From Vicugna vicugna (Eukaryota): 64,000 bases of DNA. The position numbers and the translations under genes were made by a program. Positions 12,721 through 26,110 of this stretch are shown piece after piece (the first letter of the stretch is position 1; every line of letters begins with the position of its first letter). The notes under the pieces are model-generated. The model worked only from the letters and a program-made list of their open reading frames with translations, was not told the origin of the DNA and did no database searches. The stretch lies in the NCBI GenBank assembly GCA_013265495.1, contig MU058103.1:752870-816869 (forward strand). The letters are read 5' to 3'.

Positions 12721-15700
12721 AATGGCTTAGGGGGATAATAACTTGTGTTTGCTTGAATCACAGTTTTTGAGTTCTCTCCAACATATATTTGGAAGCGCTG
12801 CAGATTGTATAAGGGATGGGCAGGGAGCTCAGATGGCAAGGGTCAGTCTCTCATCAGTTAGGAGAGCAACCCCTTTTTGGTTCCATCATGCCCACCCCAT
12901 CTGCCAGAGACAAAGGTGAAAGTTAACACGGTCCATCTTCTCTTGAAGGCATTTTAAGATTAAGTCTTCTGAATCAAGCATCCCCACAGAGGATTTTCAC
13001 ACTCTCATGCCCAGCAGCTATATTAACTAAATTTTCCAAGAACTTTTTTTTCTTTTCCCTGAAAAGAGTTTTGTTAAATACGGTTTTCCCCATCAACTTT
13101 TATTTCCAGTGATGTTTTAGTATCCTATGATATTCTGATGTCCTTTAGATGTTCGGCTGGTTTATCCATTAATGTGGATCCACAAAGAAGCCCTGAAATA
13201 GGAAAATGACCTTGTGAGTGTCCAAGTTAGAGTTTTCCAGAGTCAGCACTACAAGCACATCTCCAGATATGAGCTTTTCTCCAGTCTAGGACAATCTTTA
13301 AATGAGTCCAAACCTGCAAGGTGCATAGAACGATGTCTGGCATACAGCAAGTGTCAATAAAGGTGAGACATTACTGTAACAACTGCAGCTACCACCGCAT
13401 CACTGCTATCAAGGAAGGGAAGCAAGACCCAGACACACATGTTTCACTCTCACCCTTAAGTGACACGGACAAGGTCTGTCTCCTCTGCTAATGTGACCCC
13501 ACGAAAACAGAACAAACATCTCTCATTGATTAATGTATGCCCCATACTTAGCATTACTCGATAAAGATGTATGGAGTAAATCAAGAACAAGCTAACTTAA
13601 TCCTCATAACCCTGAAGTCCTTTTTTCAGTTGCTAAAGTGACTAGTGTCATTCCCACCCCCCCAGAGGGGAGTTGATACCTATTCAATGTAAATTCTATA
13701 TTGATTGTATTTAAGAGTGTAGATTCTCATCACAAAGAGGAAATGAAAGAGAAGCATGTGATTAGGGGAGTGAGAAAGAGGGATCTTCCATTAATTCAAA
13801 AATGATGCAACTCCTGGTCCCATTATTGTGTTAATAGAAACATTATTTCCCTTCTCATTCTGTTGAGGAGAGTTGTGGGAATGAGACGAAGATTACAGGA
13901 GCATAAGGAGGGAACGAGTCTTAAAACAAGTGGAGTCTTCCAGTGCAGACAGTACATCTGCAAAGCCTGACAGGGAAAGGAACGGGGTGGGCATTGAATG
14001 ACAGCTTTGTTTCCTTGCTAGGAAACAAACATGGTTCATTGCAAATTTTGTGTCCACTTACTTTTGGAAGGGATAATAGTAATAAATAAAAAAAAAAACT
14101 TTCCAGGGCATTCTTTCATTAAAAAGTAATTGGTACATACAGCATCACAGCTGACTCTCGGTTTTTCCTATATAAAATGGGAATATAAATATTCTCTCCT
14201 TGAGGTGTTGAGACTGAAATCAAGAAACATGCAAATGCTTTACCTGCTGGCATATATCAAAGGTTCATGTATGTGAATATTTGTCATTGATATGTCTTTA
14301 TTAATAACTCCTCACCCCAGGCCAGAATGGGGCATGTATTAACCTCATTTTCAGAGGAGGGGATATCAGCTGGGAGAAATGAATGGGCCTGCCCTGCCCT
14401 CTGTCTCTAACTAGAAAATGAAAGTGACTTTCAGTAAAAACATTCCTTCTTTTGACATAAATTTGGTACTTTTTTTTCAGCTATAGAGATTTTTTTTCTC
14501 ATTTGCCAATCTTGATAATGTACTCTTTTTCTTGTCTTGCAATGCATATTTTTAGAGTTTGTCAAGCTCTAGGCTTTAATTTAAAATGAGCATATTTGTT
14601 AGTCAAACAGAAATCAATGCACCACATATCAGTGGTAATGATTTCTATTTGAGCATCTTCAGTTTCCAAAATAGAAAAGGCCACAGAGTTGGAAAATGGG
14701 ATGCAGAGAGATAGTGACCTGCAGCCAGAGAAGGGGAAGAACCAGGGCGAGGAGAAGATGAACAATCCTGGAGATGAAGGGACACCCCAAGGCTGGGCTT
14801 CTAGACAGTAAACGTCTGGGAAGGAACTAAACCCAGGACACATTTCCATAGTTACACATGCAAGGAATAATCCTCTTGGTATAGCCAGTGAAAGAACAAG
14901 GCACAGAAATGAGCAAAGGAGCTAACAGTGTTGCCAAAAGAATGCCTTATACGTTCTGTTATTATTATTAAATGCCAGTGATGTATCAGACAGTGCCCCG
15001 TTAGCTAGATACTTTTCATGTGTTATCTTTTTGCTAGTCACCATGTCCAGCGATCCTGCATTTTTCCTGGGTACTCCGCCTGTCCAGACAACTACTGAGT
15101 TGGCTATTTAGGAAAACTGGAGTTTGGCTTTCTCTGTAAGAGGTGCTGAAAAGTATAGGTGATTGGAAATGAATAACTTGTCTCAAGTGACATTTTATTT
15201 TATGTTGTTCAGAGAGGCAATGATTACATCAAAGATCTGGAGATGTGCTTGTAGACCTGACTCTGGAAAACTCTAAGTTGGACATTCACAGGGTAGTTCC
15301 CATGAACACAGGAGGCAGTGTGAGCAGATCATCCCCCCAAACCTTTCCAGATCAAATCTGTAGATCCGTGAGATGATTACCACTGTGTCCTGAGATCTCA
15401 GTACATGGTTCCTTAAGTAAATGCTCATGTAGGTCCCAGAACAGGAGAAGGCTTTCCTGCTTTGACAAAAGCGAGCTCACTGTGCCTTAGGTGAGATTTT
15501 CCCAGCTGCTAATACAGGCAGTGCTTCCCCGGTTGATTGTAGGGGCTGCAAAGAGGGCCTCTGCGTTCAGACTGCTGTTTTCTAGAAGCTCCATGCGTGA
15601 AGGAGGGTTAAAGTGGGCCCGCAGTGGAGATGCTTTTCATCTTCAGTTTACCACCTCCTACTCAAGTCCCTGGGCTGGGTGCGCACAGCAGGAAGACAGG

Positions 15701-16539
15701 CCCTTAGGGTTCCCCCGGAGCAGCTTCCTTGGAAAATGCCTCAGGCTTCCCTTACTGCAGAAAGGAGGAGAAGGAGAGCTCCCATCTGCTCAGGCTTTCG
15801 GGTATACTTTGCCAATGAACACCTGCCACAGATGGGTGTAATTTTCCAGAATAAAGTTTAAACTACCCTGGAAACTTCAGGTTGTTAATGAGTGTTAGGG
15901 GAAGGCTGCTGTTGAGTGGATTGGAATTATGAAGCCAATGTCTGATTAGTCTGAGATCTTTTTTATTTTTATTTTTTTCTAAAGTCTAGGGTTATTCACA
16001 AAACTCCGTCAAATTTCTCTTCCAAAAAATGCCTGCTGAGGTTCCAAAGACATGTACTAATTCCTTGCACGCAAGAAGCAATAGCTTTCAGACGTTGAAA
16101 TAGCTTCAGACGTTTTTATCAGTGATGGTATCACTTGAGCAAAGCGATGCTTGTTTTAATAGAGGTGATTAAGCAGGTAAGAGTTGGTCATTCCTCGCTT
16201 GAAATCAGTCATGATTCATTATTTGGCAAAGCTTTGTTAATTTGTTATTAATCACTATTTACAGAGAACAAAGAATAATGTTTCCTTATAGGCCATATTA
16301 GAATAGTGTCTGTATTCTCAAGAATATTTCTGACATGCAGTTTGTTGCAATGTATTCTTTTAAATATATTTTCTTTTATTTTTTCTACATTCTAACCCTG
16401 ATCATACCAGTTATTAATTTGGCAATCTTGGACAGGTTAATTCACTTATTAAAATGTGAGTTCCTTCAAACTTTGAAAGAGAGTATTATTTAAATGGAAT
16501 GAGATAAATATATAATTTCTTTTAATTCAGCTGAATTCA

Positions 16540-16735
16540 GTACACACACCTATTTGCCAGAAACTGTGTAAGTTATTTTATTTCTTCTTAATCACCATAT
16601 GAAGTAGCTATTATCTACTCACACAGAGGAGGAAACTGGAGCTCAGAGAGTTAATACTTAAACGGTTTTCACAACTAGTGAATGACAATCAGAATTTGAA
16701 CCCCAAGTCCATGTGATTCCAGAGCCCAAGCTACC
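16540..16735 (-). mobile_element. MIR SINE
   Basis: cagaggaggaaactggagctcagagagtt..gaatttgaacccc..gtgattccagagccc. Confidence 0.8.
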
Positions 16736-17849
16736 TCCCCAAGAATGAGTCATTCTTTTTATAGATTATTTTATTATTTATTTCAACTGTGGTCTTTCTT
16801 TAGTAAAATACATCCTTTCTAACATCTCCTATTTTATGAAGTTGATTTGCCATAGAATTGACATCATGCACTAAATGTCAAATAGGATCCCAGACAAGCA
16901 GAAGGAAGGACAGATAGTTGTGAAAATCTTGGAGACAAAATGGAAAAGATAGAACTAAAATATAAGGTGAGCCGTTTACCTGCCAGGGAAATTCACACCT
17001 AGGATGTAAGTTCTGGTTGGGAATGTTTGTGCAATATTGACAACTATAAACCCCTATCTTGAGTGTTCACGTCCTTTTTCATTCCTTTAATCATTCTTCC
17101 TCACTCCTCAAAAAATCACTTTCCTTCTTGTACAACTCCACCTCTGTTTCAGTAAACTGGCTTTTTCTCAGGATTTGTATATTTTCAGCTTCCAAGCACC
17201 TAAACTCCATCAGCTTCAGAGTCATTGCCATCCTTAGAATACGGTTCTCTGGTAGAACCACAGATAAAGAATTTTTAGATAAACTCCATGAGAAATCAGG
17301 TTCTATTGATCACAATAATGATGGACCTGATAATAGCACTATGTTCTAAATATACTACTAAATTCCAGAAATATGAAGACAGATTTAGAGACAGATTCTA
17401 TCCTCCAAGTTACAGCATTTAAACATACAACAGCAGTGAAGGCTGATAAGGGTAATAATAATAGAATTGCACCGTAGAAACGTGAGTGGAAAAGAAACTA
17501 CCATGGGGAGGCCAATACAGATTTAAGGATGATGTGGTGACAGGAAAATTCTAGAATGGAAACCAAATGTTTACCCATGGAGAAGCAGAAACTGGGCAGC
17601 ATAAGGAAAGGAAACTGTAAGCCAAGGTAGTTTAGTCTGAACAAATCTCAGCATATTTCCACCTGACCCAGGAGCTAAAAAGTGGGCAAGTACCAAATTA
17701 GTTCTGCTGTGAAGGTTTATCTTAACCTTAAATACCAAAGAAAACAACCATAGCAACAAAATTTGATTTTGAGTTAGATGAAATACATGATGTGTATATT
17801 AAAACATCAGTAGATCCATCTGCTTATGCGTTCAAGACTATCTGTTGGT

Positions 17850-17990
17850 TGGCTAGTCTACTGAACATTTAACCAGCCACTGAGGATTCCGTGGTGGATA
17901 ATGTAGACACAGTGCCCGCACTCAGGAAGCTTACTGTCTAATGGAGAAACGGACATTAAACAGCAGTAGCAACAGCATCAGGTAAATTGC
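17850..17990 (-). mobile_element. L2 3' region
   Basis: agacacagtgcccgcactcaggaagcttactgtctaatggagaaacggacattaaaca. Confidence 0.7.
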
Positions 17991-18519
17991 GCATGGCCTC
18001 TAAGGCAATAAGTTGTTTGATAATATCTAGTACAGTGAGTGCAAGAGAGATGTTTCGGCATAGTACTTGCTGGTGGCATCAGGGAACAAGACCATGAAAA
18101 ATAAAATCAACCAAGGAATAAGCACATATAGGAATGAGCATAGAGGATAAAGATAGAAACTTAAGTATTTAATTTCAAGAAGAGACAGACATCTGCTTTG
18201 GCAGCAGGCTATGAGAGAAAGTTTGAAATGTTACGTTTGGCCCAAAGTATAAACAGGATTACCCATATTGATGTCACTGTTTGTTTTAAACTGAGTCAAT
18301 GGTTTTACTAAATAACAAGACCTAAATTATGAGTATGATATTTCTACTCTTTGTCCTGTTTTACAGATACATCTAATAAGTGTGGTTTGCTTCTAAACAC
18401 TGTATTTTAAGTGCATTAACAAACTAAGATATTCACAAGGAAGGACACCCAAGACCTACAAAGCATGTTCTGTGTAGTAATGGGTAACAAAAAAAAAAAT
18501 GATTCCCTGGCTGGAGGTG

Positions 18520-18765
18520 GCATACAATGGTTGTCAGAAGTAGAACAGACAGATATATATTATGATCAGTCCAGCCCTTCCCAGTTACTGATTATAACCC
18601 CTTGAGCAATTTATTTAATCTCTCTAAGCCTTAACTTACCAATCTTTATTGGAGATAAAAATATAACCTATTTTATAAGATCATTATGAAGATTAAATAA
18701 TATAACACATGTAATATGTTCAAAATAATACCTGTGATATATTACATGTTCAACAAGTGTTAGCT
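18520..18765 (+). mobile_element. MIR SINE
   Basis: cttgagcaatttatttaatctctctaagcct..gaagattaaataa..caacaagtgttagct. Confidence 0.8.
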
Positions 18766-18769
18766 AGTG

Positions 18770-19378
18770 TATCTGTTATCTGCTAGTTCTGACCACTCAG
18801 TATGCATTCCTAATCTGGTTGACACAATCCCCTGGCCTCTTTCTTTGGGAAATTGCTCTTTTCTTACTGAAATCCTTTAATTCTGGTGGAGCTCCCAAAC
18901 GAAGTACCCATCCTTCAGACCATACAAGTAGGCATCTAGCCAAGCCTGGATGATCATAATGTTCCATCACCCTGACCAATGATTGGTCTGGGGAGCTCAT
19001 GTGAACCTAGCTGGCCAGTTAGAATCCTTCCCTGGTGTTTTTACAGGTTGAGCTACAGGGAGCTTTTTCTCCTTTCTGACTAGAGTAATGCCGCTTCAGA
19101 GCTGTAGGGGCCATGTCTGCCATCACATAGTAGAGCCTAAGTAAATGAAGCCAATTCCCTAACAGAAGTGGGAATGAGGGATGGAGAGAGAATCATGGTG
19201 AAGGGGGAAAAAAGCCCAAGACCGATCTCTTAAAGCCCCAGAGCTTCTCTGGCTCCTGCAGCCCTTCCCTCACTTTTGGGAACACCTCCTGTGTCCTGCC
19301 AATAAATCTCTTTGTGCTGCTTAAACTAATTTGGATTGTGTTTCTCCTACTTGCTATTAAAATTGTTCTGACTTTTAC
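18770..19378 (+). mobile_element. MaLR solo LTR (MLT1K-like)
   Basis: gattggtctggggagctcatgtgaacctagctggcca, AATAAA at 19301, and 3' end gcttaaactaatttggattgtgtttctcctacttgc. Confidence 0.75.
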
Positions 19379-19574
19379 TGTTGTTATTATGGCCATTAAC
19401 AAATGGCCACTAAGTACTTAGAAACTAAAAAGTCCTCACTGAATGTTTCTGAATGAGTGAATTTTTCATATTGATGAGTCTGCACATGTTTTCGGAATTA
19501 CTATATGATAATGAAGGATGCTATGCAGTAGATATATTCAGAATTGAATCTATTGGATCAGAATCTATTGGAAG

Positions 19575-19760
19575 GGATGGCATAGAAAAAATAGTCAGGA
19601 CTTTTAGAAGTGAACAAATTCAAATCCCACATTTATCACTTATTAGTTGGGTGGTTTTTGTTTGGAAGAGCCCTTACTTTTTCTGAGATCAGTTTTTCTC
19701 ATAAAATAAAGAAAATAAGTACTCTTGTATCATGCTATTGTAAGGAGTAGCATAAACATT
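19575..19760 (+). mobile_element. MIR SINE
   Basis: caggacttttagaag..ttcaaatccca..tctgagatcagtttttctcat. Confidence 0.65.
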
Positions 19761-21144
19761 TAGTATCTTTGTAAACTCTTCAACTCTTAGGAATCTAGGT
19801 TCTTAGACTGTATGACCATTTTTGCATAAGACACAAAATACTAATGTTACAAAGCTGCATTATAAAAAATTAAGTTAATACAAAAGACCATGTATTAGTT
19901 CTAACTATACTCTAATTTCAAAAGTTTCTTGAGAAAATTTAATTTGATGTCATATTTTAAAGCCTTTTTAAATAGCTGTTTTCCATGAATAGAATGACAT
20001 TTAAGTACTTATTTAAATGAATAAAGTCTTTTGTAAAAACTTCAATAAATATCTTTGCAAGCTTTAAGTATTGACTGACCACATTGACTTTTTCTGTTGA
20101 TGACTAACTGCCCAGTGAGTCATTTCTCTACTCTAATTTTTAAATGTGTTCCAGTGGTAACAATTGTCTTTGCATATTTTAGTATCTCTTAATGAAACTG
20201 TTTGCACAGCCAGCAGTCATGATCCTGAGGCTTGGATCATGGGATCACCGCAGCCCTTGCCTCCCCTTTTGAATGCTTATCTTTCTTGATAATCGAGGGT
20301 ATTATTTTCCATAGACAGCTTCATGCTTCTAAGACATATTAGAAACTGTCTTTAGCAATCATTTTCCATTACCAAGGGAGTTGGGGATAATGGAATGTGT
20401 AGTCACTTTCAATTTGTGTCAAATTTTCTGATGCATTTGTACCACCAACATTTTATCAGCTTGTCACTAGAACAAATGAAGTTGCAAATTGCATCGACTT
20501 TTTTTTCCCATGAAATCTTTGAAACTGTTTATTTTTAACATGACTTCTCTTCTCTCCTTGTGATTTCTGTAGTGTAGCAGGCTTGATTTTCAAATTTCAG
20601 GATCTTTGTCTCTTAGGAAGTATGGCATTCAGGCACAACAATTTCCTGGGGCCTTGAAGGTTTTGAGAGGAAGGATTCAGGCATCCAGGGCTTATTAAAG
20701 ATGAATGCAGATTGAAGCAATAAGCACAGAGCAATTTGATGAACTACCTGTAGGCAGGAGTGGAGAATTTCTGACACATCAGGAAAGCCATTATGCCCCT
20801 GTTATGTTCAATAGCCCGCTTGGCCTAAAAGGTTACGGGTGATGTATGTTTTCATTATCTCCTGTGGGCTTGATGCCTCAGAGGACCCCAGATGGCTTAT
20901 TCTGCCTGTAGTTCCCTTATTTGCACTATCTCAAGGTCTGTCAGATCAAGCCAATATGTTTTCGAGGGTCAGTTGGCTTTGAGGAATATTGTTTCGTGAT
21001 CTCTGCAATATTCTTCTGCCTGAAAATCTGCAAGGCGTTCCCACCTGGGGAGTAACTGAAAGCTCTTCAAAAACACATTTTGATTTCCTGATAATCAACC
21101 ATCACTATGGAAGCAAAAGCAGCAAAAAACCAGCATCAGCAACA

Positions 21145-21375
21145 TTAATTATCATTTATTGAACATGTATTATGTATCAGACATGCCTTACTTACACTAT
21201 ATTATGATATCTTTTTTACCATATCCTGGCAAGCCAGGTATCATGATTTCTATTGTCTACATGAAAAAACCAAGATCACATTAAGAGATTAAGTAACTTG
21301 TCCAAAACCAGATTCTTAGATGTGTTAGAGACAGCATTCAAACCCAGGTCTGCCTGACTCCAGGAAACTCCTAAC
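21145..21375 (-). mobile_element. MIR SINE
   Basis: agagattaagtaacttgtccaa..attcaaacccaggtctgcctgactcca. Confidence 0.85.
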
Positions 21376-22788
21376 AATTGCAAATCATCTTTAAAAGTCC
21401 AACACATAGAAACTTACAGTCTAGTTGGGGAGGAAAATATGTGTAAAGGATCTCTACTATACAATAATGGTTTTCATTGAAAGATGTGTATTTAAAGGGC
21501 AAGGGAAGCAATATGCACTGAGACCTATTTATCTATCTTTAGGGGAAGTAATTAACTCTACGAAGGAGGGGTTAGAAAATCCCTAGGGAAGAGATAATTT
21601 ATTTGTGGAAGCACAATGCTGCAAGAAGTGGAACCACTGTGTAAGCCAAGATTCAGAGAGAGCGTTGAAAATACACAGTGCATTGGGGAACAGTAAAATA
21701 ATTCAAAGGTGGCATAAAAATTGAAATACTTCAATGTCTAAACCTGTCTATATAAGCACAGGAAAACATCCAGGTGTGGAAACACAAGACTGTTGCTCTA
21801 AGAGAAAGATGGAACAGGAGAGACCAAACGACTTTCACTTTATTTTTTTAGTTAAAGTTATGAAAATACAGTGAGTTGATGAGCAACCTTTATTTTTAAA
21901 ATAAAATGTGAAGATACCTGTCTTATCTATCACCTGGGATCACTGTAACATTGAAACATGCTTGTACGCTTATACAGATGAAAGCAGTTGTTGGAATATG
22001 CAACTTGACTTTCTGGGCTATGACTGTCTTCCTGTCACCTGGAAATTTTATTTAAACTCCTTTTCTCAAGAGAAAATTAGTTAATATAAAAGAAACCAAA
22101 CTGTATTCATTTTAATATTTTTCTTATATACTAATATTCCTTTGTATAGTAATTCAACAAACATTCCACATAGAGTACAAATGAGGCAAATGAGACCCCC
22201 ACACTGGTGCAGATTATTTATATAAAAGCCCTTTCCAAACCTGAAGTAGTGAAGTCAATTTTGCAGAGCTTTCCAATGCAAATATTATGTTATTTAAAAA
22301 GTAGCTGGAACGTCCTTAAGACTAATCCAATAGTAAAGTTTGGTCTTCCTCTGAAAAAGCAAGTATCCCCTCACTTAAAATGACCTTGTGTCTTAAGTGT
22401 CAGGAGGTTGATCTAATACAATGGAACTTTATCCCATCAATTTGTCTTTGAATGCTGTGCATTTGTTTTAGGATAAGGATGATTTGTTCATTACATAGGC
22501 TATTATTTGCTTTGTCAAAGCCCTCTTGGCCTTGAGTACACTGTAGAAATAAGGATTCTTTAGAAATGCTGATAAGGATGTTCTACTAAATATTGCCCTT
22601 TATAAATCTTTGAGGAGGCTCAGGAGTTGGTGTAGTAACAGAAGGATTTGTATAAGCAGAAGTACAAATCTGGGTAGACAGGGACACATCTGGGATCTGG
22701 CTTGATGTCCTCAAGGATCTGTGCTATATAATGCCAATTGGTTTATTTTATTTTGTTAATGTAACAATAAACACATGCTTCTTTGTTG

Positions 22789-23053
22789 TTTTTAACACCT
22801 CCACTGACGTCTAATTGATATACAATAAACTGCAACTATGTAAATTGTATAAAATGATAGTTTTGATATATATATACCCATGATACATCACTACAAGCAA
22901 GATACTGAACACATCCATCTCCCCCAAAAGTTCCCTGTTTTCATCTCTTCTTTACATACTTTGGTGGCCCCCTCAACTCCTGATGTGCTTTCTGTCACAG
23001 TTTTATCTTTTTTTTTTGCATTTTCTGTAATTTTGTATAACTGGAATCATATA
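22789..23053 (-). mobile_element. Old L1M 3' end fragment
   Basis: taattgatatacaataaactgca..gaacacatccatctcccccaaaagttccct..ctggaatcatata. Confidence 0.8.
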
Positions 23054-23554
23054 ACCCGAAATTACTAAGCTGAGGTATAGTGGATGGGTAGGAGCTGGCC
23101 AGGCAAAGATGTGTATGTCTGCACGTGTCTGTGCATCTGGGTGTGGGAGTAGTGGAGAAAGCCAGGAGGGTGATTAAGGGAGAGGGGAGTGTTACTTTAC
23201 CCTTAAACATTCAGAGTTTTAAAATAGGTGAGTGGGGGGCACAAGATCAGACTTGCTTGCATTTTACAGTTATTCCTGCGTGCATGAGTGAGGAAATCCC
23301 AGGACCTTAGGCAGAAAGATCATATTTGATTACATGTCTTCCCAAACTGTGAGTTTCTTTCTTCTAAGGCAGATGCCCTTAATTCTCTGGAGGCGCTCTT
23401 CAAGGAGCAATTTTAGAACGCAGGGGCACTTAGTGAAGGAAGACTTCCTGCCGCAGTGAATGGTATCTGGGATTCCATTCGAAACACCAACACAATCTAA
23501 GCCATTTACCGTTCTTTCTATGTTTAGTCATTGCTAACTTAGTCACTGTTTGTT

Positions 23555-23780
23555 ACACTGAGAGTCAGAAATCACAGGCCGTTGTGTACATTTCTTACTA
23601 TTTTATTTGCTCTGTGAGCTTAACAAATCATTTCTATCCTCTAAGCTTCAGTTTACTTATGCTTCCAATGGGGCTAAAAACTCCTTCTTTGTAGGGTGGT
23701 TTGAGAACAAGAGATCTATTAAAATAATCTGGGATAGAAGGGCCCAGCATAAAGTGGATGTTCAGTAAGTTTCAACTGAA
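23555..23780 (+). mobile_element. MIR SINE
   Basis: gagtcaga..ctctaagcttcagtttactt..gtagggtggtttgagaa. Confidence 0.65.
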
Positions 23781-24454
23781 TATATGTTGGAAAGTTCTAC
23801 TATTTTATAGTGAGATACTGTCTGCAGCTCCTCTCTGATGTTCTTGATGAGGTAATCTTTGGAGAATGACTTTCAGAGGGTTTTTTTTTTTTCCCCTAGA
23901 TGTAGAATGTCTCTTCGAGTTAATTCACTTAATAAAAAAGAATAATGCTGGGAATTCCATTAAAAGAGAAATTTGAACAGGTCACTGAAAGCTATTTTAT
24001 ATCTCTTCTGAAAATTCTCCAATATTTACTTAGTATTCAAAGATGAGCCACCTCTTTTTAAAAAGATTGGGATCATAACTTCTGTTAAGATGCTGTTCAA
24101 AGGTAGCATCATCCTGGTGCTTTTTGAAGAATGCATCACACATAAATGGTCCTTATAATTCTGGTCTTCATGGTGATCTGTCATGGTCGGTGTCGTGGTC
24201 AGTGACTTCCCAGAATACCCAATTTTATTTTATTTTTAAAAATACAACAATGGAATATGAAATTGTGGATGTGGTTTGGGATAAAATCTGTCTCACTAAC
24301 TCATACTTCTTGTAATAGTCTCACGTTAAACATTACTGCTTCAGGAGTTATTTCCTTGTCCCTAAGAACAAATCCCTCTTTTAAAAATCCCTTTAGTTCC
24401 CAATGTCTTCTCACTCACGGTCCATTGGTCTTTGTTACCTATTGAACATGTGTG

Positions 24455-24580
24455 TGTCTCTCTAATATGTACGCACTGAGAGTACAGGTACTGAATCTGA
24501 CTTATTAAATCCTCTTCACCTCAGACAGTTCCTGACATGTTAGAGTTACCCAACAAATATACATCAAGTGAATGAAGGCA
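24455..24580 (+). mobile_element. L2 3' end
   Basis: cagacagttcctgacatg..caacaaatat..gtgaatgaa. Confidence 0.6.
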
Positions 24581-25119
24581 TGATTATGTAAATGAATATT
24601 TAATTAAGAATCAAAATCACAACCAGAAGGAAGAGTCATAGATCTTTTAGGATAACTTTCAAAATAGAAAATTCTTCAAATTCTACAACTGAGTAAACTT
24701 CAGGAGATGCTTCCATGAAGGAAACTGAGAGAGAAATGAATAAAAAAGCAAGACTGATTTTTTTCAGGCTTGTGCCATTTAAAAAAAACAAGAAGTGCTA
24801 TGTATAACTTAGTTTGCTCATAAAATGTTAGCATTTGATTCACTAAATTGAAAGGCAGAGTTTATAAAGATAAATAAATATTTACCAATTGAATTTACTT
24901 TGAGATATTTTTCATTGTCGATGCAAATTCAGCCCCAAGCTGCTGACCTTAGAAAAAGCAACATTCTTATCATTTGAGGGTTGATGAGATACAGGAGAAA
25001 ATTTAAGGTTAGAAAAAAAAATCATCCATGGTGCAAAAGAAAAGATAGCACTATTAAGGTGACTTCACTGGTGCCCTTTAGTGACAGACACAGAAAGGGA
25101 AAAAGAGGAACAGAGGAAG

Positions 25120-25355
25120 AAAATTTACATTTGTTGAACATTTTTCAGGAGCTGGTCCCTGCGCTGGGCACTTTGCATGAATTATCTCATTTAATTTCCA
25201 TAACAATTATTTGGGGTTGATATTATTATTCTCATTTTTCAAATTAAATAATGAAACACAGAGACAGCAACTAGGTTTTTAAATGAATTCTTAGTTAAGA
25301 CAAGGAGGGTTAGAATTGTCACTAGGTTTTTCCCAGTGTCAAAGCCCATGCTGAT
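25120..25355 (-). mobile_element. MIR SINE
   Basis: gctgggcactttgcatgaattatctcatttaatttccataacaa..attattctcattt. Confidence 0.75.
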
Positions 25356-25508
25356 GGCCTCAACATGGCTCAGGCAGGAAAGAAATCTCTCATTTTTAAA
25401 ACAGAATCTCAACAACAGCCATATCCTGGAGTTTTGTTTCTCCTATTAAAAAAAAGGTAAGGTCTTCAAAGGCAAAAAGCATCATCTCTATTTTTCCAGG
25501 ACCTAGAC

Positions 25509-25757
25509 CAGTGCTATCCAAAAAGGTGATAAAAGTAAAAACTAATAGGTAAAATGAATTTTAATAACATTTTAACTCAATAAACATATCCACAATATTA
25601 TCATTTCAACATGTAAACAATATAAATATTATTTGTTTTTTTTCCCATAGTAAATTTTCAGAATCTGATACACATTTTATACTGGGAGCATATCTGGACT
25701 CTCGACATTTCACGTGATCACATGGGGTCCTGGAAAGGACCTTACTGGACAGCACAG
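25509..25757. mobile_element. MER33/MER3-like hAT-Charlie MITE
   Basis: TIR-like ends cagtgctatcca / tggacagcacag, flanked by 8-bp NTCTAGAN-like sites acctagac and atctggag. Confidence 0.8.
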
Positions 25758-25909
25758 ATCTGGAGAGGTCTAGTTAGGACTAGTGATAAATGATCTTAGG
25801 CAGGGAAAGGTTAGGCCTTATTCACTAAAGACATCAACAGGCCCACTGTCATTTCTTCCATGCAGGGGCCATCTTCTCCGTGACTCAGGGCTACATGAGA
25901 ATCAATAAT

Positions 25910-26110
25910 CTGGGCTGTGGAGTGAGGATTCCATAAAACTCTGCTTTGCCACTTACTAGCTATGAGTCCTTGAACAAGTTCCTTAACATGTCTGAGCTTC
26001 AGTTTTCTCCTTTCCACACTGGGGAGAATGAAGCCCAGCCCAAGGGAGTGGTGATGAGTTAGCTATAAATCTCCCGGGACAAAGCACTTGCTGTGTCAGT
26101 AGATGCTCTT
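25910..26110 (+). mobile_element. MIR SINE
   Basis: ctttgccacttactagctatgagtccttgaacaagttccttaac..gagcttcagttttctc. Confidence 0.85.

Noticed and set aside
14663..14807. Purine-rich exon-like frame (SKIEKATELENGMQRDSDLQPEKG..)
   Set aside because: Weak donor, no recognisable protein, and no partner exons.
16080..16114. Short tandem duplications (also 19546-19572, 33705-33750, 40544-40597)
   Set aside because: Two or three adjacent units consistent with slippage; no repeat-spacer architecture, so not CRISPR-like.
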